64,000 nt of DNA from a candidate division FCPU426 bacterium (GTDB taxonomy: Bacteria > Oederibacteriota > PGYV01 > Palsa-1178): the NCBI GenBank assembly GCA_963840035.1, contig CAWIXE010000001.1, forward strand, positions 384,001 to 448,000. Direction: 5' to 3'. Shown here in pieces: positions 21,700 through 31,807 of the stretch (position 1 is the first letter of the stretch; the number at the start of each line of letters is the position of its first letter). Made by a program: the position numbers and the translations under genes. Below the pieces are notes generated by a model. The model did no database searches. It was not told where the DNA came from and saw only the letters and a list, made by a program, of their open reading frames with translations.

Positions 21700-22113
21700 A
21701 TGGATAAATTCATTAAAATGCTTTTGGCCGGTATCTTTGCGGGGTTCATCCTTTTTTTAGTCGCAAGCGTTTCATATAACTACACGCATAAGATCTCAGA
21801 CCCGTCGCTAAGGGAACTTTTCAGGGAAACTATTTCCATGAAGTGGTTCTATAAGCTGATGCTTTTTAATGTCGGAATGGGCCTTATTATGGCGCTTTTT
21901 TACGCGCTCATGGCTAAAGGAATGCCCGGAGGATATCTTGTTAAAGGGATGTTCTGGGGATTTACAGTCTGGTTCATACTGATTTCGCAGCCGCTCATAA
22001 TATCCCTTGTCAACGGCGCGTTCACGCAGGACATGATAATATCCTGGCTAGCGCAGGGGCTGGTAAGCTACGTGGCGGCGGGGTTGTGTATTTCGTTAAT
22101 ATATAAAGAGTAG
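21700..22113 (+). CDS. Small 4-TM membrane protein
   Basis: Hydrophobic helices; GGAGG RBS before ATG 21700. Confidence 0.7.
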   Translation: MDKFIKMLLAGIFAGFILFLVASVSYNYTHKISDPSLRELFRETISMKWFYKLMLFNVGMGLIMALFYALMAKGMPGGYLVKGMFWGFTVWFILISQPLIISLVNGAFTQDMIISWLAQGLVSYVAAGLCISLIYKE

Positions 22114-22242
22114 AATAAGAAAGAGACTGGAGACAGGAGACAAGAGTAGAAATAAACTCTAAATCTCCGTTCGCCAGTCTCTTTTTTTGTCTTCAATCTA
22201 TTTTTGTCTCCAGTCTCTTGTCTCGCTATCCCTCTTAAATAC

Positions 22243-22782
22243 CTACCCCGCTATTTTATTCCACTCCACCGTATAACACAGGCACTTCTTCCCCTCTTCC
22301 TCGCTGACAAACGCCTCTTTTGCTTTTATCGCTTTTACCGCGTGCTGCATCCAGCCGAAGATTGATTTGGCAAGGTATGGCGAGACAGGAAGGTTCTTAA
22401 TGCAGACATGCACCTTATTGTCCTTTATATATTTTATTTCAGCGGCGCCGGCCGAGTAGTACGAACAAAACACAGCACCGGCGTTTGAAAAAACAGATTC
22501 AATGGAGAGGTCCTTGAAAAGTTTATGGGAATTATTAAAGGCGTCTTTTGCTGCGTGCTCGCCTATTTTAAAAAGAAGAGACGCGTCACCGAAGCCAAAA
22601 TATTTATCGACACATTCAGAAAATTTCAGAAGTTCATCAAGGCTGTACCAGTTAAGGTCGTCATATTTCCTTATCTTTTCAAACTGCGGGTGGCATTGGA
22701 AAAATGATTTAACTTTTTTTTGATCGTATTTTTCTTCAAGGTAATCAAGTGTTGCCTTAAAAGCCTTGCCTTTTGCTCCCAT
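22243..22782 (-). CDS. DUF2378-like hypothetical protein
   Basis: KG.AF...L.YL...WY......G......IG..AA pattern; GGAGG RBS. Confidence 0.55.
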   Translation of the reverse strand: MGAKGKAFKATLDYLEEKYDQKKVKSFFQCHPQFEKIRKYDDLNWYSLDELLKFSECVDKYFGFGDASLLFKIGEHAAKDAFNNSHKLFKDLSIESVFSNAGAVFCSYYSAGAAEIKYIKDNKVHVCIKNLPVSPYLAKSIFGWMQHAVKAIKAKEAFVSEEEGKKCLCYTVEWNKIAG

Positions 22783-23083
22783 ATTTCCTCCGTCAAGTAA
22801 GTATATGCGAAAGGGCTTAATGTAACTAATACATTTTTATCACAAAGCATGTATTTTGTCAATTTGATTAGAGGTATTATGGAAGCAAAAAGGTTTCAGA
22901 AAAAAATAAGCCCTTATAAATAAGGTGGTTTTTAATTTGTTGTTTTTCAGGTTTTTATTTACAATTGACAATTGTCAATGATCAATTATAATTATGTCCC
23001 TAATGCTCCATAAAAAAATGCATCTTTATATGGTATTTTTAGCCTTTAATTCAAAATTTAGAATTCAGAATTGAAAATTGGTC

Positions 23084-24367
23084 TTATTGCTCCATAGCCT
23101 TTTTCATCTCTTTTATGGCGCAGAACTCCCCGCACATGGAGCAGACATCCTTATTCTGCGGAGGAAGCGAATCCCTCATTTTTCTGGATTTATCTTTATC
23201 AATGGAGAGGTTTATTTGGGCTTCCCAGTCAAGGGCTTTACGCGCTTTTGCCATCTTAATATCCCATTCAAGTGCGCCGGGTATGCCGCGCGCTATGTCT
23301 GCCGCGTGAGCCGCGATTTTTGAGACTATCACACCCTCGCGCACCTCATTTATGTCCGGAAGTTTTAAATGCTCCGCCGCTGTTACATAGCAGAGAAAAT
23401 CAGCGCCTGACGAAGCCGCAAGCGCGCCTCCTATGGCGGCTGTGATATGGTCATATCCCGGGGCAATGTCGGTCACAAGGGGACCCAGGACATAAAACGG
23501 GGCGTTGTTGCACAATTTTTTTTGTATCTGCATGTTTGTCACTATCTGGTTTATGGGCACGTGTCCCGGGCCTTCTATCATGACCTGTACGTTCTTATCA
23601 AACGCGCGTTTTGCCAGCTCGCCTAAGGTGATGAGCTCGTGAATCTGCGCGCGGTCAGTGGCGTCAGCCAGGCAGCCCGGCCTCATGCCGTCGCCTAATG
23701 AAAGTGTCATGTCATATTTGTACGCTATATCCAGAAGCCTGTCATACTGCTCATAAAGCGGATTTTCTTTTTTATTTTTCATTATCCAGGCCGCAAGGAT
23801 TGTGCCTCCGCGGCTTACCATATCAAGAATCCTGCCCTGCTTTAAAAGAGAATCAACAGAAGCCTGTGTCACGCCGCAGTGTACCGTGATAAAATCCACG
23901 CCTTCTTTTGCCTGTTCTTCTATTACCGTAAATAAATCCTCGGCTGTCATGCTTGTGAGTTCCCGTTTTTCCTTTGCCGCCTTTACAGCTGCCTCGTATA
24001 TGGGCACTGTGCCGATGGGCACGGTGGATTCCTTTATTATAGCGGAGCGTATGGCCTTAAGGTCGCCTCCGGTGGAGAGGTCCATGACAGCGTCCGCGCC
24101 CGCGGCAATGGATACGCGCAGTTTTTCAAGCTCATTGCCTATGGAACACGCGTCCTGCGAACTGCCAATATTGGCGTTAACCTTTATTTTCATCTTTTTG
24201 CCTATGCCGGTGGGCTTTGAGTGTTTGTGATTGATGTTCTTTGTAATGATGACTTCGCCGGAGGCTATGTATCCCATGAGCTCATTTACGTCTATCATTT
24301 CGTTCTTTGCAACCTCGCGCATTTCAGGCGTTACTATCCCTTTTTTTGCCATTTCAAGCTGTGTCAT
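23084..24367 (-). CDS. thiC: Phosphomethylpyrimidine synthase
   Basis: KVNANIG, MDLSTGG, EGPGHVP, CSMCGEFC. Confidence 0.98.
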   Translation of the reverse strand: MTQLEMAKKGIVTPEMREVAKNEMIDVNELMGYIASGEVIITKNINHKHSKPTGIGKKMKIKVNANIGSSQDACSIGNELEKLRVSIAAGADAVMDLSTGGDLKAIRSAIIKESTVPIGTVPIYEAAVKAAKEKRELTSMTAEDLFTVIEEQAKEGVDFITVHCGVTQASVDSLLKQGRILDMVSRGGTILAAWIMKNKKENPLYEQYDRLLDIAYKYDMTLSLGDGMRPGCLADATDRAQIHELITLGELAKRAFDKNVQVMIEGPGHVPINQIVTNMQIQKKLCNNAPFYVLGPLVTDIAPGYDHITAAIGGALAASSGADFLCYVTAAEHLKLPDINEVREGVIVSKIAAHAADIARGIPGALEWDIKMAKARKALDWEAQINLSIDKDKSRKMRDSLPPQNKDVCSMCGEFCAIKEMKKAMEQ

Positions 24368-25002
24368 TATTTCTCCTTGCGGTAAATTATGGATTTTACC
24401 ATCTTTGTTTTTTTAAGGATGTTCCTGCTCCCGAGTATGGCGGAAATAAAGCAGAAATTATTTATGCCGGCTTTTTTAAGCCGCGGGATATTATAACCGT
24501 TAATGCCTCCGATTGCAACTATGGGAGTCGATAATTTTGAAGCCAGCGTTTTCATGGCTGCTATACCCAGCGGTTTTGTGGATTTTTGCGCTGTGGCGAA
24601 TACCGGGCCTATGCCTATATAGTCGGCTTTCATTTTGTCCGCGCGCATTGCTTCACGCATGGTCGAAGCGGAAACGCCCAAAACATAATTTTTTTTCAAT
24701 ATTTTTCTGGCTTTAACAACGGACATGTCTTTTGTCCCCACGTGCGCCCCGGCGGCTTTGGAATCCGCCGCGATTGCGGGAAAATCATTTATTATCAGCG
24801 GAACTTTGTATTTTCTGCAGATTTTATTCATCGCGACGGCAAGTTTTAAAAATTCATCCTTTGCGGAGTGTTTTGCCCTGAGCTGAACGGCTGATGCCCC
24901 GCCCTTTAAAACAGACACAAGGGCGGCATAAGGGTTTATTTTTTTTAAATTAAGGTAGTCAATGTCTATGATGACATAGAGGCTGAAATCCATGGTTTTC
25001 AT
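24367..25002 (-). CDS. thiE: Thiamine-phosphate synthase
   Basis: VQLRAK, LIIND, DYIGIGPVFAT..K, VAIGGIN. Confidence 0.93.
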   Translation of the reverse strand: MKTMDFSLYVIIDIDYLNLKKINPYAALVSVLKGGASAVQLRAKHSAKDEFLKLAVAMNKICRKYKVPLIINDFPAIAADSKAAGAHVGTKDMSVVKARKILKKNYVLGVSASTMREAMRADKMKADYIGIGPVFATAQKSTKPLGIAAMKTLASKLSTPIVAIGGINGYNIPRLKKAGINNFCFISAILGSRNILKKTKMVKSIIYRKEK

Positions 25003-25003
25003 T

Positions 25004-25417
25004 TTATGACAGGATTTCTTTTTCCAGGACGTATGTTTTATAGCGGAGTTCCTTGAACATGGCTGCTGATTTTACGTTTACAAGCTTTGATATTTCTTCC
25101 AGTACCCTTAAGGATTCCTCCACGCGCTTAAAGTTGGATATGAGGATATGGGTTACGGATTTTCTGGCAAATTCGCTTTTGTTCCTGGAGTGGCGTCCGG
25201 CGTCGTCATCGGAAAAACGGTTTTTAAGCAGCTGCCTGTGGTCAGGCGAGACGGGTTTTAAGGCAGAGTCAATGCCATGGCGGATGGATTTTAATGCTGA
25301 TGTTTTCTTCGGGTCCGAGAGGAGGAACCGCGAGACATCCTCGATAACCCTTAAGCCTTCTTTAGCGCGGTTTATATTCGCGTCAATAAGGGTATAAATA
25401 TTTTTCCGGTTTTTCAT
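25004..25417 (-). CDS. ThiD2-family protein (stand-alone N-terminal domain of long ThiE)
   Basis: IDANINRAKEGLRVIED and NFKRVEESLRVLEE repeats. Confidence 0.85.
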   Translation of the reverse strand: MKNRKNIYTLIDANINRAKEGLRVIEDVSRFLLSDPKKTSALKSIRHGIDSALKPVSPDHRQLLKNRFSDDDAGRHSRNKSEFARKSVTHILISNFKRVEESLRVLEEISKLVNVKSAAMFKELRYKTYVLEKEILS

Positions 25418-25641
25418 TGGTGTTTGATGGACATGGAAGAAATAAGATTCTTGAAGACCTGCCTGAAGGAGACGCCCTCATCCTTCCACTTTCCGATATA
25501 ATAACCCAGGGCCATTAAAGCCATGATAAAAAGTGTTTTCTTAAAGCCAAATATGACAAGCAGCAGCGCCAAAGAAAATCCGGCAAGCACGCCTGTAATC
25601 TTCCAAAAATTCAGGATTATGTATTTCAATATCTCGTTCAT
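25414..25641 (-). CDS. DUF2273-like small membrane protein
   Basis: FGFKKTLFI...GYYIGKWKD; position in the asp23-amaP cluster. Confidence 0.75.
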   Translation of the reverse strand: MNEILKYIILNFWKITGVLAGFSLALLLVIFGFKKTLFIMALMALGYYIGKWKDEGVSFRQVFKNLISSMSIKHQ

Positions 25642-26213
25642 TTTTCCTCTTCCTTTGACTTGAATACAACTTTGCTTACAACTACCGTAGGCTTGATTTC
25701 AGTCTCGATGCCAAGAGTAAACTGTATATACTGTATGATGGCTTCCTGGACTTCCTGTGTGACATCAGCCACGGACCTGTCGGAGAAAAGGGTGACATGC
25801 GCCGTTACTTTTAGCCCTTTGCGGGTCGATATGACCTTTCCTTTTATGTCCTTTACGCCCTTTACCTGGTTCTTTACGACCCTGGAAAAATCCTCAATGG
25901 CGCTTAATGATACCATAATCTCGCCATTCGGGGACTGAAGGACAACCGTCCTTTCAGTGCGTCTTTTTTCTATGTTCCCCCAGATTGTAAAAAATGCAAC
26001 GGCCAGAAGGAAAATACCCGTGGAGAGAACAGCGAGCCTTATCGCGATTATATTCGCGGTATCTGATTTGGAGAGCGAGTTAATGAGGTTCTGGGCGGTT
26101 GTAAGCGACCACGTATTGGCGCCCTGCGTGCTTGACATGGCCACCATAACGGCGCCGACTAAAATAAACAAAAGGGTGTTTATTATGATTATAATTCTGT
26201 TGAAATATCTCAT
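25638..26213 (-). CDS. AmaP-like alkaline shock membrane anchor
   Basis: 2 TM helices followed by GEI.VS..AIED; adjacent to an asp23 gene. Confidence 0.72.
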   Translation of the reverse strand: MRYFNRIIIIINTLLFILVGAVMVAMSSTQGANTWSLTTAQNLINSLSKSDTANIIAIRLAVLSTGIFLLAVAFFTIWGNIEKRRTERTVVLQSPNGEIMVSLSAIEDFSRVVKNQVKGVKDIKGKVISTRKGLKVTAHVTLFSDRSVADVTQEVQEAIIQYIQFTLGIETEIKPTVVVSKVVFKSKEEEK

Positions 26214-26230
26214 TTAAAATCCTCCTTGGA

Positions 26231-26611
26231 TCAGATATTGTAGGGGGTATCTTTGCTTATGGCGGAAGGTTTTCTGACTCCGTTAATATTTACATTTACC
26301 CTGTCGACCACGAAGCCTGTCATTGTCTCGATAGATTCGCGGACCCTGTCCTGGACCTCGGTGGCTATGTCGGATACTTCCCTTCCGAAAGAGACTATGA
26401 GGTTGATATCAAGATTAACAGTTTCATTTAACAGTTCCACCTTTACGCCTTTTGAGGAATCTTTGACTCCGAAGGCTTCGGCTAAGGCAGCGGAAGGTCC
26501 GCCATCCAGGTCCACAACGCCGTCAACATCCTTCGCGGCGATTGCAGCTATGGCCGCAACGGCATCATCCGATATTTTTACGTTTCCTGAATCGCTTTTA
26601 TTATCCGGCAT
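26231..26611 (-). CDS. Asp23/Gls24 family protein
   Basis: G.VKISDDAVAAIA...V.GV...KGVKVE...IETMTG..V..VNV. Confidence 0.9.
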   Translation of the reverse strand: MPDNKSDSGNVKISDDAVAAIAAIAAKDVDGVVDLDGGPSAALAEAFGVKDSSKGVKVELLNETVNLDINLIVSFGREVSDIATEVQDRVRESIETMTGFVVDRVNVNINGVRKPSAISKDTPYNI

Positions 26612-26614
26612 GTT

Positions 26615-27961
26615 TTATTTATCCTTTTCCATCTTTTCAATGAAACTGGTGGAATAATTATTGTTAATGAAGTCCTTGTTGTCGAGTATCTTCTTGTGAA
26701 GCGGTATAGTGGTCTTTATGCCTTCAATGACAAACTCATCAAGGGCCCTTTTCATCCTGGCGATAGCTTCTGTCCTGTCCTTGCCCTTGGCGATTATTTT
26801 TGCCACCATGGAATCATAGTTCGGGGGGATCCTGTATCCCTTATACACATGCGTATCGACCCTGATTCCCGGGCCTCCGGGGACATTATATTCGGTGATT
26901 GTGCCGGGCGACGGGCAGAAGTTATTATCCGGGTCCTCGGCGTTAATCCTGCATTCTATGGCGTGGCCGCGGAGTTTAAGTTCCCTGTTCGGGATGGTCA
27001 TTCTTTCACCGGCGGCGACTTTTATCTGTTCCTTTATCAGGTCAAAACCCGTGACTTCCTCTGTGACCGTGTGCTCTACCTGAATCCTGGTGTTCATTTC
27101 CATGAAGAAGAAATGGCCCCATTTATCCATGATGAATTCTATGGTGCCGGCCCCTTCATATTTGACGGCGCGGGCGAGCCTTACTGCCTGCGCGCACATT
27201 TCATGCCTTGTCTTTTCAACAAGCCTGGGTGACGGCGATTCTTCTATGAGTTTCTGGTGGCGCCTCTGCACCGAACAGTCCCTCTCTCCCAACGCCACGT
27301 AGTTTCCGTGGTTGTCGCACATTATCTGGATCTCAACGTGCCTTGGTTCTTCAATGAATTTTTCGAGGTAAACAGCGGGGTTATTAAAAGCTGTCGCCGC
27401 TTCCTGGCTGGCTGTTTTAAATGCTGACCTTAATGATAGTTCGGTGTGCGCTATCCTCATGCCGCGTCCGCCGCCTCCTGCCGTGGCCTTTATCATAACA
27501 GGAAAGCCGATACGCTTGGCAATCTCAACCGCGTCATTTTCATCCTTTAATATCCTGCCGGAACCGGGTACAGTGGTGACTTTATTGGCTGTGGCCGTGG
27601 CGATAGCCTGGGCTTTGTCGCCCATGGCCCTGATGGAAGCGGGCGATGGACCGATAAATTTTATATTGCACTGTCCGCATAACTCGGCGAAGTGAGCGTT
27701 CTCCGCTAAAAATCCGTAGCCGGGATGTATGGCTTCGGCGTCGGTAACTTCAGCGGCGGAAATTATAGCCGGGATGTTTAAGTAACTGTCCTTGGAAGGA
27801 GGCGGGCCGATGCATACGGCGTGGTCAGCGTACCTTACGTGGAGGGAATTTTCATCAGCCTCTGAAAATACGGCGACTGTCTCGACTCCCATTTCCTTGC
27901 AGGCGCGTATTATGCGCAGGGCAATTTCGCCCCTGTTTGCGATAAGTATTCTTTTAAACAA
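26615..27961 (-). CDS. accC: Biotin carboxylase
   Basis: [43 protein letters not shown]. Confidence 0.98.
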   Translation of the reverse strand: MFKRILIANRGEIALRIIRACKEMGVETVAVFSEADENSLHVRYADHAVCIGPPPSKDSYLNIPAIISAAEVTDAEAIHPGYGFLAENAHFAELCGQCNIKFIGPSPASIRAMGDKAQAIATATANKVTTVPGSGRILKDENDAVEIAKRIGFPVMIKATAGGGGRGMRIAHTELSLRSAFKTASQEAATAFNNPAVYLEKFIEEPRHVEIQIMCDNHGNYVALGERDCSVQRRHQKLIEESPSPRLVEKTRHEMCAQAVRLARAVKYEGAGTIEFIMDKWGHFFFMEMNTRIQVEHTVTEEVTGFDLIKEQIKVAAGERMTIPNRELKLRGHAIECRINAEDPDNNFCPSPGTITEYNVPGGPGIRVDTHVYKGYRIPPNYDSMVAKIIAKGKDRTEAIARMKRALDEFVIEGIKTTIPLHKKILDNKDFINNNYSTSFIEKMEKDK

Positions 27962-27988
27962 ATTTATCCACCTTCCGCAAATTTAGTT

Positions 27989-28480
27989 TTAGGATTTCTC
28001 TATGATAATGAGAGGCTGGTTGTATTCCACAGCCTGCGCGTTTTCAACGACTATTTCCTTTACTTTGCCTTTTATTTCCGCCTTAATCTCGTTCATGATT
28101 TTCATGGCTTCGATGATACATACTGTTTTGCCGGGTTCCACCATGTCGCCGACCTTTACAAAAGGAGGGGCGTCGGGTGATGAGGCTTTATAGAAGGTGC
28201 CGACCATCGGTGATTTGATTATGCCGGTCTTCGCGTCTTCGACGGGCTTTTTGGATTCCGGAGCCGCCGCTGCGGGCGCAGCCGTTGGTGCCGCTGCCGG
28301 CGCCTGGATATACTGGGGAGCCGCCATCTGCACGCCGCTCATCATGCCGGCTTTTTTCATCTGGATCTTTAAGCCGCCGTCCTCATATATAAGTTCGGCA
28401 AGGGCTCCTTTTTCCATAATCCTTAATGCTTCGTTTAGAACGTCCACTTTTACTTTACCTGTTGTCTCTTTTTTTGCCAT
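27989..28480 (-). CDS. accB: Biotin carboxyl carrier protein
   Basis: SPMVGTFY, EAMKIMNE. Confidence 0.97.
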   Translation of the reverse strand: MAKKETTGKVKVDVLNEALRIMEKGALAELIYEDGGLKIQMKKAGMMSGVQMAAPQYIQAPAAAPTAAPAAAAPESKKPVEDAKTGIIKSPMVGTFYKASSPDAPPFVKVGDMVEPGKTVCIIEAMKIMNEIKAEIKGKVKEIVVENAQAVEYNQPLIIIEKS

Positions 28481-28527
28481 TTTACACCGCCTTAACTTTT
28501 TTTAGAGCAGTTAAAATTGTAAATGCC

Positions 28528-29085
28528 TTAAACCCTCTCGACGTACTCGCTGGTCCTGGTATCTATCCTGATAGTATCGCCTTCCTTTATAAATAAAGGA
28601 ACCAGTACTTCGGCCCCAGTTTCAAGCGTAACTAGTTTGGTCGCGTTTCCTACGGTATCGCCTTTTGAAGCCGGCGGCGCCGTGGTAACGATGAGGTCTA
28701 CTTTATTGGGTACGTTTACTCCCAGTACCTCTCCCTCATATATAAGCATCGATACAAGCATGTCTTCCTTAAGGAACTGGCTCTGTTCGCCGACCTGCTT
28801 CTGGTTGAACTCATACTGCTCATAGTTGCCGGTATCCATGAAATGATACTCGTCATTGAGCTTATACTGGAACTGAAGCTTTCTTTCTTCCACATAGGCG
28901 TCTTCGAACTTATCATCAGGGGAGAAAGTCCTCTCCACTATGGTTCCAAGCTTGAAATTCCTCATTTTAAGCCTTACGAGAGGCGCGAGCCTCGGCCTCT
29001 GAACGTGGTGAAACTGTACGACTTCCCATAAAGTGCCTTCGTGCTTAAAGACTGTGCCGGGCCTTACATCTGCTGCTAGTGCCAT
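28528..29085 (-). CDS. efp: Elongation factor P
   Basis: YHFMD..NYEQ, KGDT, LETGAEV.VPLFIKEGD.I.IDTR; atypical loop. Confidence 0.95.
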   Translation of the reverse strand: MALAADVRPGTVFKHEGTLWEVVQFHHVQRPRLAPLVRLKMRNFKLGTIVERTFSPDDKFEDAYVEERKLQFQYKLNDEYHFMDTGNYEQYEFNQKQVGEQSQFLKEDMLVSMLIYEGEVLGVNVPNKVDLIVTTAPPASKGDTVGNATKLVTLETGAEVLVPLFIKEGDTIRIDTRTSEYVERV

Positions 29086-29113
29086 TAAAAAGTCCTCCTT
29101 GAAATGTCAGCCA

Positions 29114-30172
29114 CTAAAGAATCATTAGTGAGTCACTTAGTTTGCCCAGTTTAACCGGGCCAATATCAGTTATCAGGTAGTCGTCTTCTATCCTGATGCC
29201 GTATTTTCCTTCAAAATAAATACCGGGCTCACAGGAAAAAACCATGCCCGGTTCGAACTTGAGTTCTTCTTTTGAGTTCACCGAAGGCGGCTCGTGAACG
29301 TCTATGCCGAGTGAATGTCCCAGGGAGTGCGTAAAATACGCCCCGAGGCCCGCTTCAGCCAGGAAATCCCTGGCCTGCCTGTCAGCTTCCTTTATTATGT
29401 TGCCCGCTTTGTAATAACCTACGCCGGCTTTCTTGGCGTTTTGCACTATTTTATAGTGTTTTTGAATATCTTTTAAGCGAGTTCCAATTATACCGAATGC
29501 CATTACCCTTGTCAAGTCTGAACAGTACCCGCGGTACTTGACCCCGCAGTCCATGAGCACCACCGAGCCTTTGGTTAATTTTTTAGAGGATGTTCCATGA
29601 TGCGGGACAGCTCCGTTTTCATTGAAAGCAATTATTGAAGGAAAGGAACAGCCGTCAGCCCCGCACTTCCTGGCGAAATACTCAAATTCATTTGAGAGGT
29701 CCTTTTCAGTCACGCCTGTTTTTAAGAGCGACGCCGTATGCAGTATGGCCTTTTCATTTATGGAAACGGCTTTTTCCATCAGCTTAATCTCATAAGGCTC
29801 TTTTATCATCCTCATATCGCGGACAATTTCATCCGTGCTTATGTTCAGGCACAGGTCCTTAATCATAAGATAATCAGAAAGGGGTATGTTTTTGCTTAAG
29901 AGCGCTTCAGGGCAGCCTTTTATAAGCTGTTTTAGGTCGCTGCGGAAATTCTTGGTGATAATGACCTCATATGAGCCTTCGATTCCAAGCTTCCGTACAA
30001 AGCCGTCATAGCGCGGGTCAGTAAGAAAATACGCTTTTTTTTCTTTAACGACTATCTTGCCGAAGGTGCCTGAAAAACCTGTAAGGTAAAATACATCGGA
30101 AGGGTCGGAGATATAATAAGCTTGCCCTCGTGAAAGCGATTTAAGGATCTTGTTGATGCGTTTTTTTATCAT
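29114..30172 (-). CDS. Xaa-Pro aminopeptidase (M24)
   Basis: GYCSDLTR, HSLGHSLGIDVHE, EPGIY, GIRIEDD; upstream of efp. Confidence 0.92.
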   Translation of the reverse strand: MIKKRINKILKSLSRGQAYYISDPSDVFYLTGFSGTFGKIVVKEKKAYFLTDPRYDGFVRKLGIEGSYEVIITKNFRSDLKQLIKGCPEALLSKNIPLSDYLMIKDLCLNISTDEIVRDMRMIKEPYEIKLMEKAVSINEKAILHTASLLKTGVTEKDLSNEFEYFARKCGADGCSFPSIIAFNENGAVPHHGTSSKKLTKGSVVLMDCGVKYRGYCSDLTRVMAFGIIGTRLKDIQKHYKIVQNAKKAGVGYYKAGNIIKEADRQARDFLAEAGLGAYFTHSLGHSLGIDVHEPPSVNSKEELKFEPGMVFSCEPGIYFEGKYGIRIEDDYLITDIGPVKLGKLSDSLMIL

Positions 30173-30789
30173 TATTTGATGTCTATAATCCCGAGATTGT
30201 ATTCAATAATCGGGGTGTACGGCGGGAATTTTTCAAGGAGGTCCTCCACGCGGTCAAAGAACTTTATGGCGCCGGGGGTATTAACCCAGCATACCCTCGC
30301 GGAGAAATGCTTTATCTCAAAAGGCCTGCCTGAAGACTCGAGGATGGCCTTAAACCTTTTCTGATTGAAGTGCTGATGGTTGTTTAGCAGGGTCAGGTTG
30401 ACGTAAAAAAGCGGGTTATACCTGTTGGCTTCCACGACTATGACCCTTTTTTTTGCCACGCGGACCATTTCCTTTAAGGCTTTTTCAGGGTTAGCCGCGT
30501 GGTGCAGCATGTCCTTTTCAAAGACGGTGTCAAAACTTTTGTTCTTAAAGGGCAGTTTCTCCGAATCGCACTGCTTGAAGGTTAGGCCTTTGCCTGAGAA
30601 TTCCTTCCAGCGCGGGTCAGGGACTATGTCGGTCGCAGTTATTTTTTTAAAGAATTTTTTGCGCAGCCAGGCGTCCTCACCGTCGCCGCATCCGGAGTCA
30701 AGAAGGGTGGCGCCCGCATAGTACGCGCTTGTCTTTGCCACAACCCGTTCTTTATACTGAAAAGCGTTTGCCGCTGTTTTACCTGTCAT
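30172..30789 (-). CDS. Class I SAM-dependent methyltransferase
   Basis: LLDSGCGDG, LPFKNKSFD, LHH. Confidence 0.88.
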   Translation of the reverse strand: MTGKTAANAFQYKERVVAKTSAYYAGATLLDSGCGDGEDAWLRKKFFKKITATDIVPDPRWKEFSGKGLTFKQCDSEKLPFKNKSFDTVFEKDMLHHAANPEKALKEMVRVAKKRVIVVEANRYNPLFYVNLTLLNNHQHFNQKRFKAILESSGRPFEIKHFSARVCWVNTPGAIKFFDRVEDLLEKFPPYTPIIEYNLGIIDIK

Positions 30790-31807
30790 ATTTTTTAAGC
30801 TCCGTTATGACTTTTGAAAGTTCAGGCACGTCAAAGACCTTTTTGCGCGATATTTCATTTGTGACGGATAAGTACATCTGCGAGAGCAGTGTCTTTAATT
30901 CAGGCTCGAGGGGCGGAGGCATAACCTTAACTGTTTTTTTCCAGTCTGAACCGCCGTTCTTTTTTGCCTTTTCAACTTCCGTAAACCAATCAGTCTTCCT
31001 GTAATACCTTCTGGCGAACTCCTTGCTTATATGGAAGCCGTCATACAGGAACCTGCACTCATCGGGCGTGCCGAGCACGTCGACTATCTCTATGTTGCCT
31101 TTGACATCAAGGGCGAACTCAAACTTGCCGTCCACATTTTCTATACCTGCTTTTTTACAGGCCGCGGTTATGACGCCGTCTATTTCAACAACGGTCTTTT
31201 TAAGTTTTTTCATTTTATTGTCATCGAGCCCTGAGATGGCCTTTGCCTCAGGCCACAGGATATAGCGGTCCGTATGTTCGAGTTTTGTGGAAACGTCAAG
31301 GATGGGCTTCTTTAAGGTTTCGTTTACCACAGGCTCGTGGTCATAACCGAGGTCCTTAAAAGTTACCTGGCCGTCCTTTACCCTTTTAAAGACCGACGAA
31401 CCGTCGGTAAGTTTGTTCCTGTAGATTACTTCAAGGGGGATCAGGTAGTTGGCCTGTTTGGTTTTGTAAACATCATAATTGTATTTGTTCGAGGCTTTAT
31501 CATATGAAGGCTTTAATACCCTTACCACCTTCACGCGCATTTTGTTTGACGAGCCGTTCATCTTTGAAAATTTCTTGAGCCTGCCGTCCTCTACAAGGCC
31601 GAGGAAATGGGTCTTGATTCCCTTTTTTTCAAGCTGTTCAAAAAAGAATGAGGAAAGCATGCACAGCGCACTGCCCTTTCTTTCTATTAAGTCCGGCATT
31701 TCTCCCCAGTCAAATACAGAGTACCTGTCTGAGAATACAAATTCGCCTTCTCCCTCAGTCTTTAGGTCTGCCTGCTTGAGAATCTCTACTTCCTTTACGC
31801 TGCCCAT
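30779..31807 (-). CDS. purC: SAICAR synthetase (long form)
   Basis: MGSVKE, FSDRYSVFDWG, IPLEVIYRN, STKLE, DGKFEF, GTPDECR; GAGGTG RBS. Confidence 0.92.
   Translation of the reverse strand: MGSVKEVEILKQADLKTEGEGEFVFSDRYSVFDWGEMPDLIERKGSALCMLSSFFFEQLEKKGIKTHFLGLVEDGRLKKFSKMNGSSNKMRVKVVRVLKPSYDKASNKYNYDVYKTKQANYLIPLEVIYRNKLTDGSSVFKRVKDGQVTFKDLGYDHEPVVNETLKKPILDVSTKLEHTDRYILWPEAKAISGLDDNKMKKLKKTVVEIDGVITAACKKAGIENVDGKFEFALDVKGNIEIVDVLGTPDECRFLYDGFHISKEFARRYYRKTDWFTEVEKAKKNGGSDWKKTVKVMPPPLEPELKTLLSQMYLSVTNEISRKKVFDVPELSKVITELKKYDR

Noticed and set aside
21660..22845. Crp half-sites (TGTGA, TCACA)
   Set aside because: No complete TGTGA-N6-TCACA match seen
24368..25450. TPP riboswitch upstream of the thi genes
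   Set aside because: No intergenic space and no recognisable aptamer core
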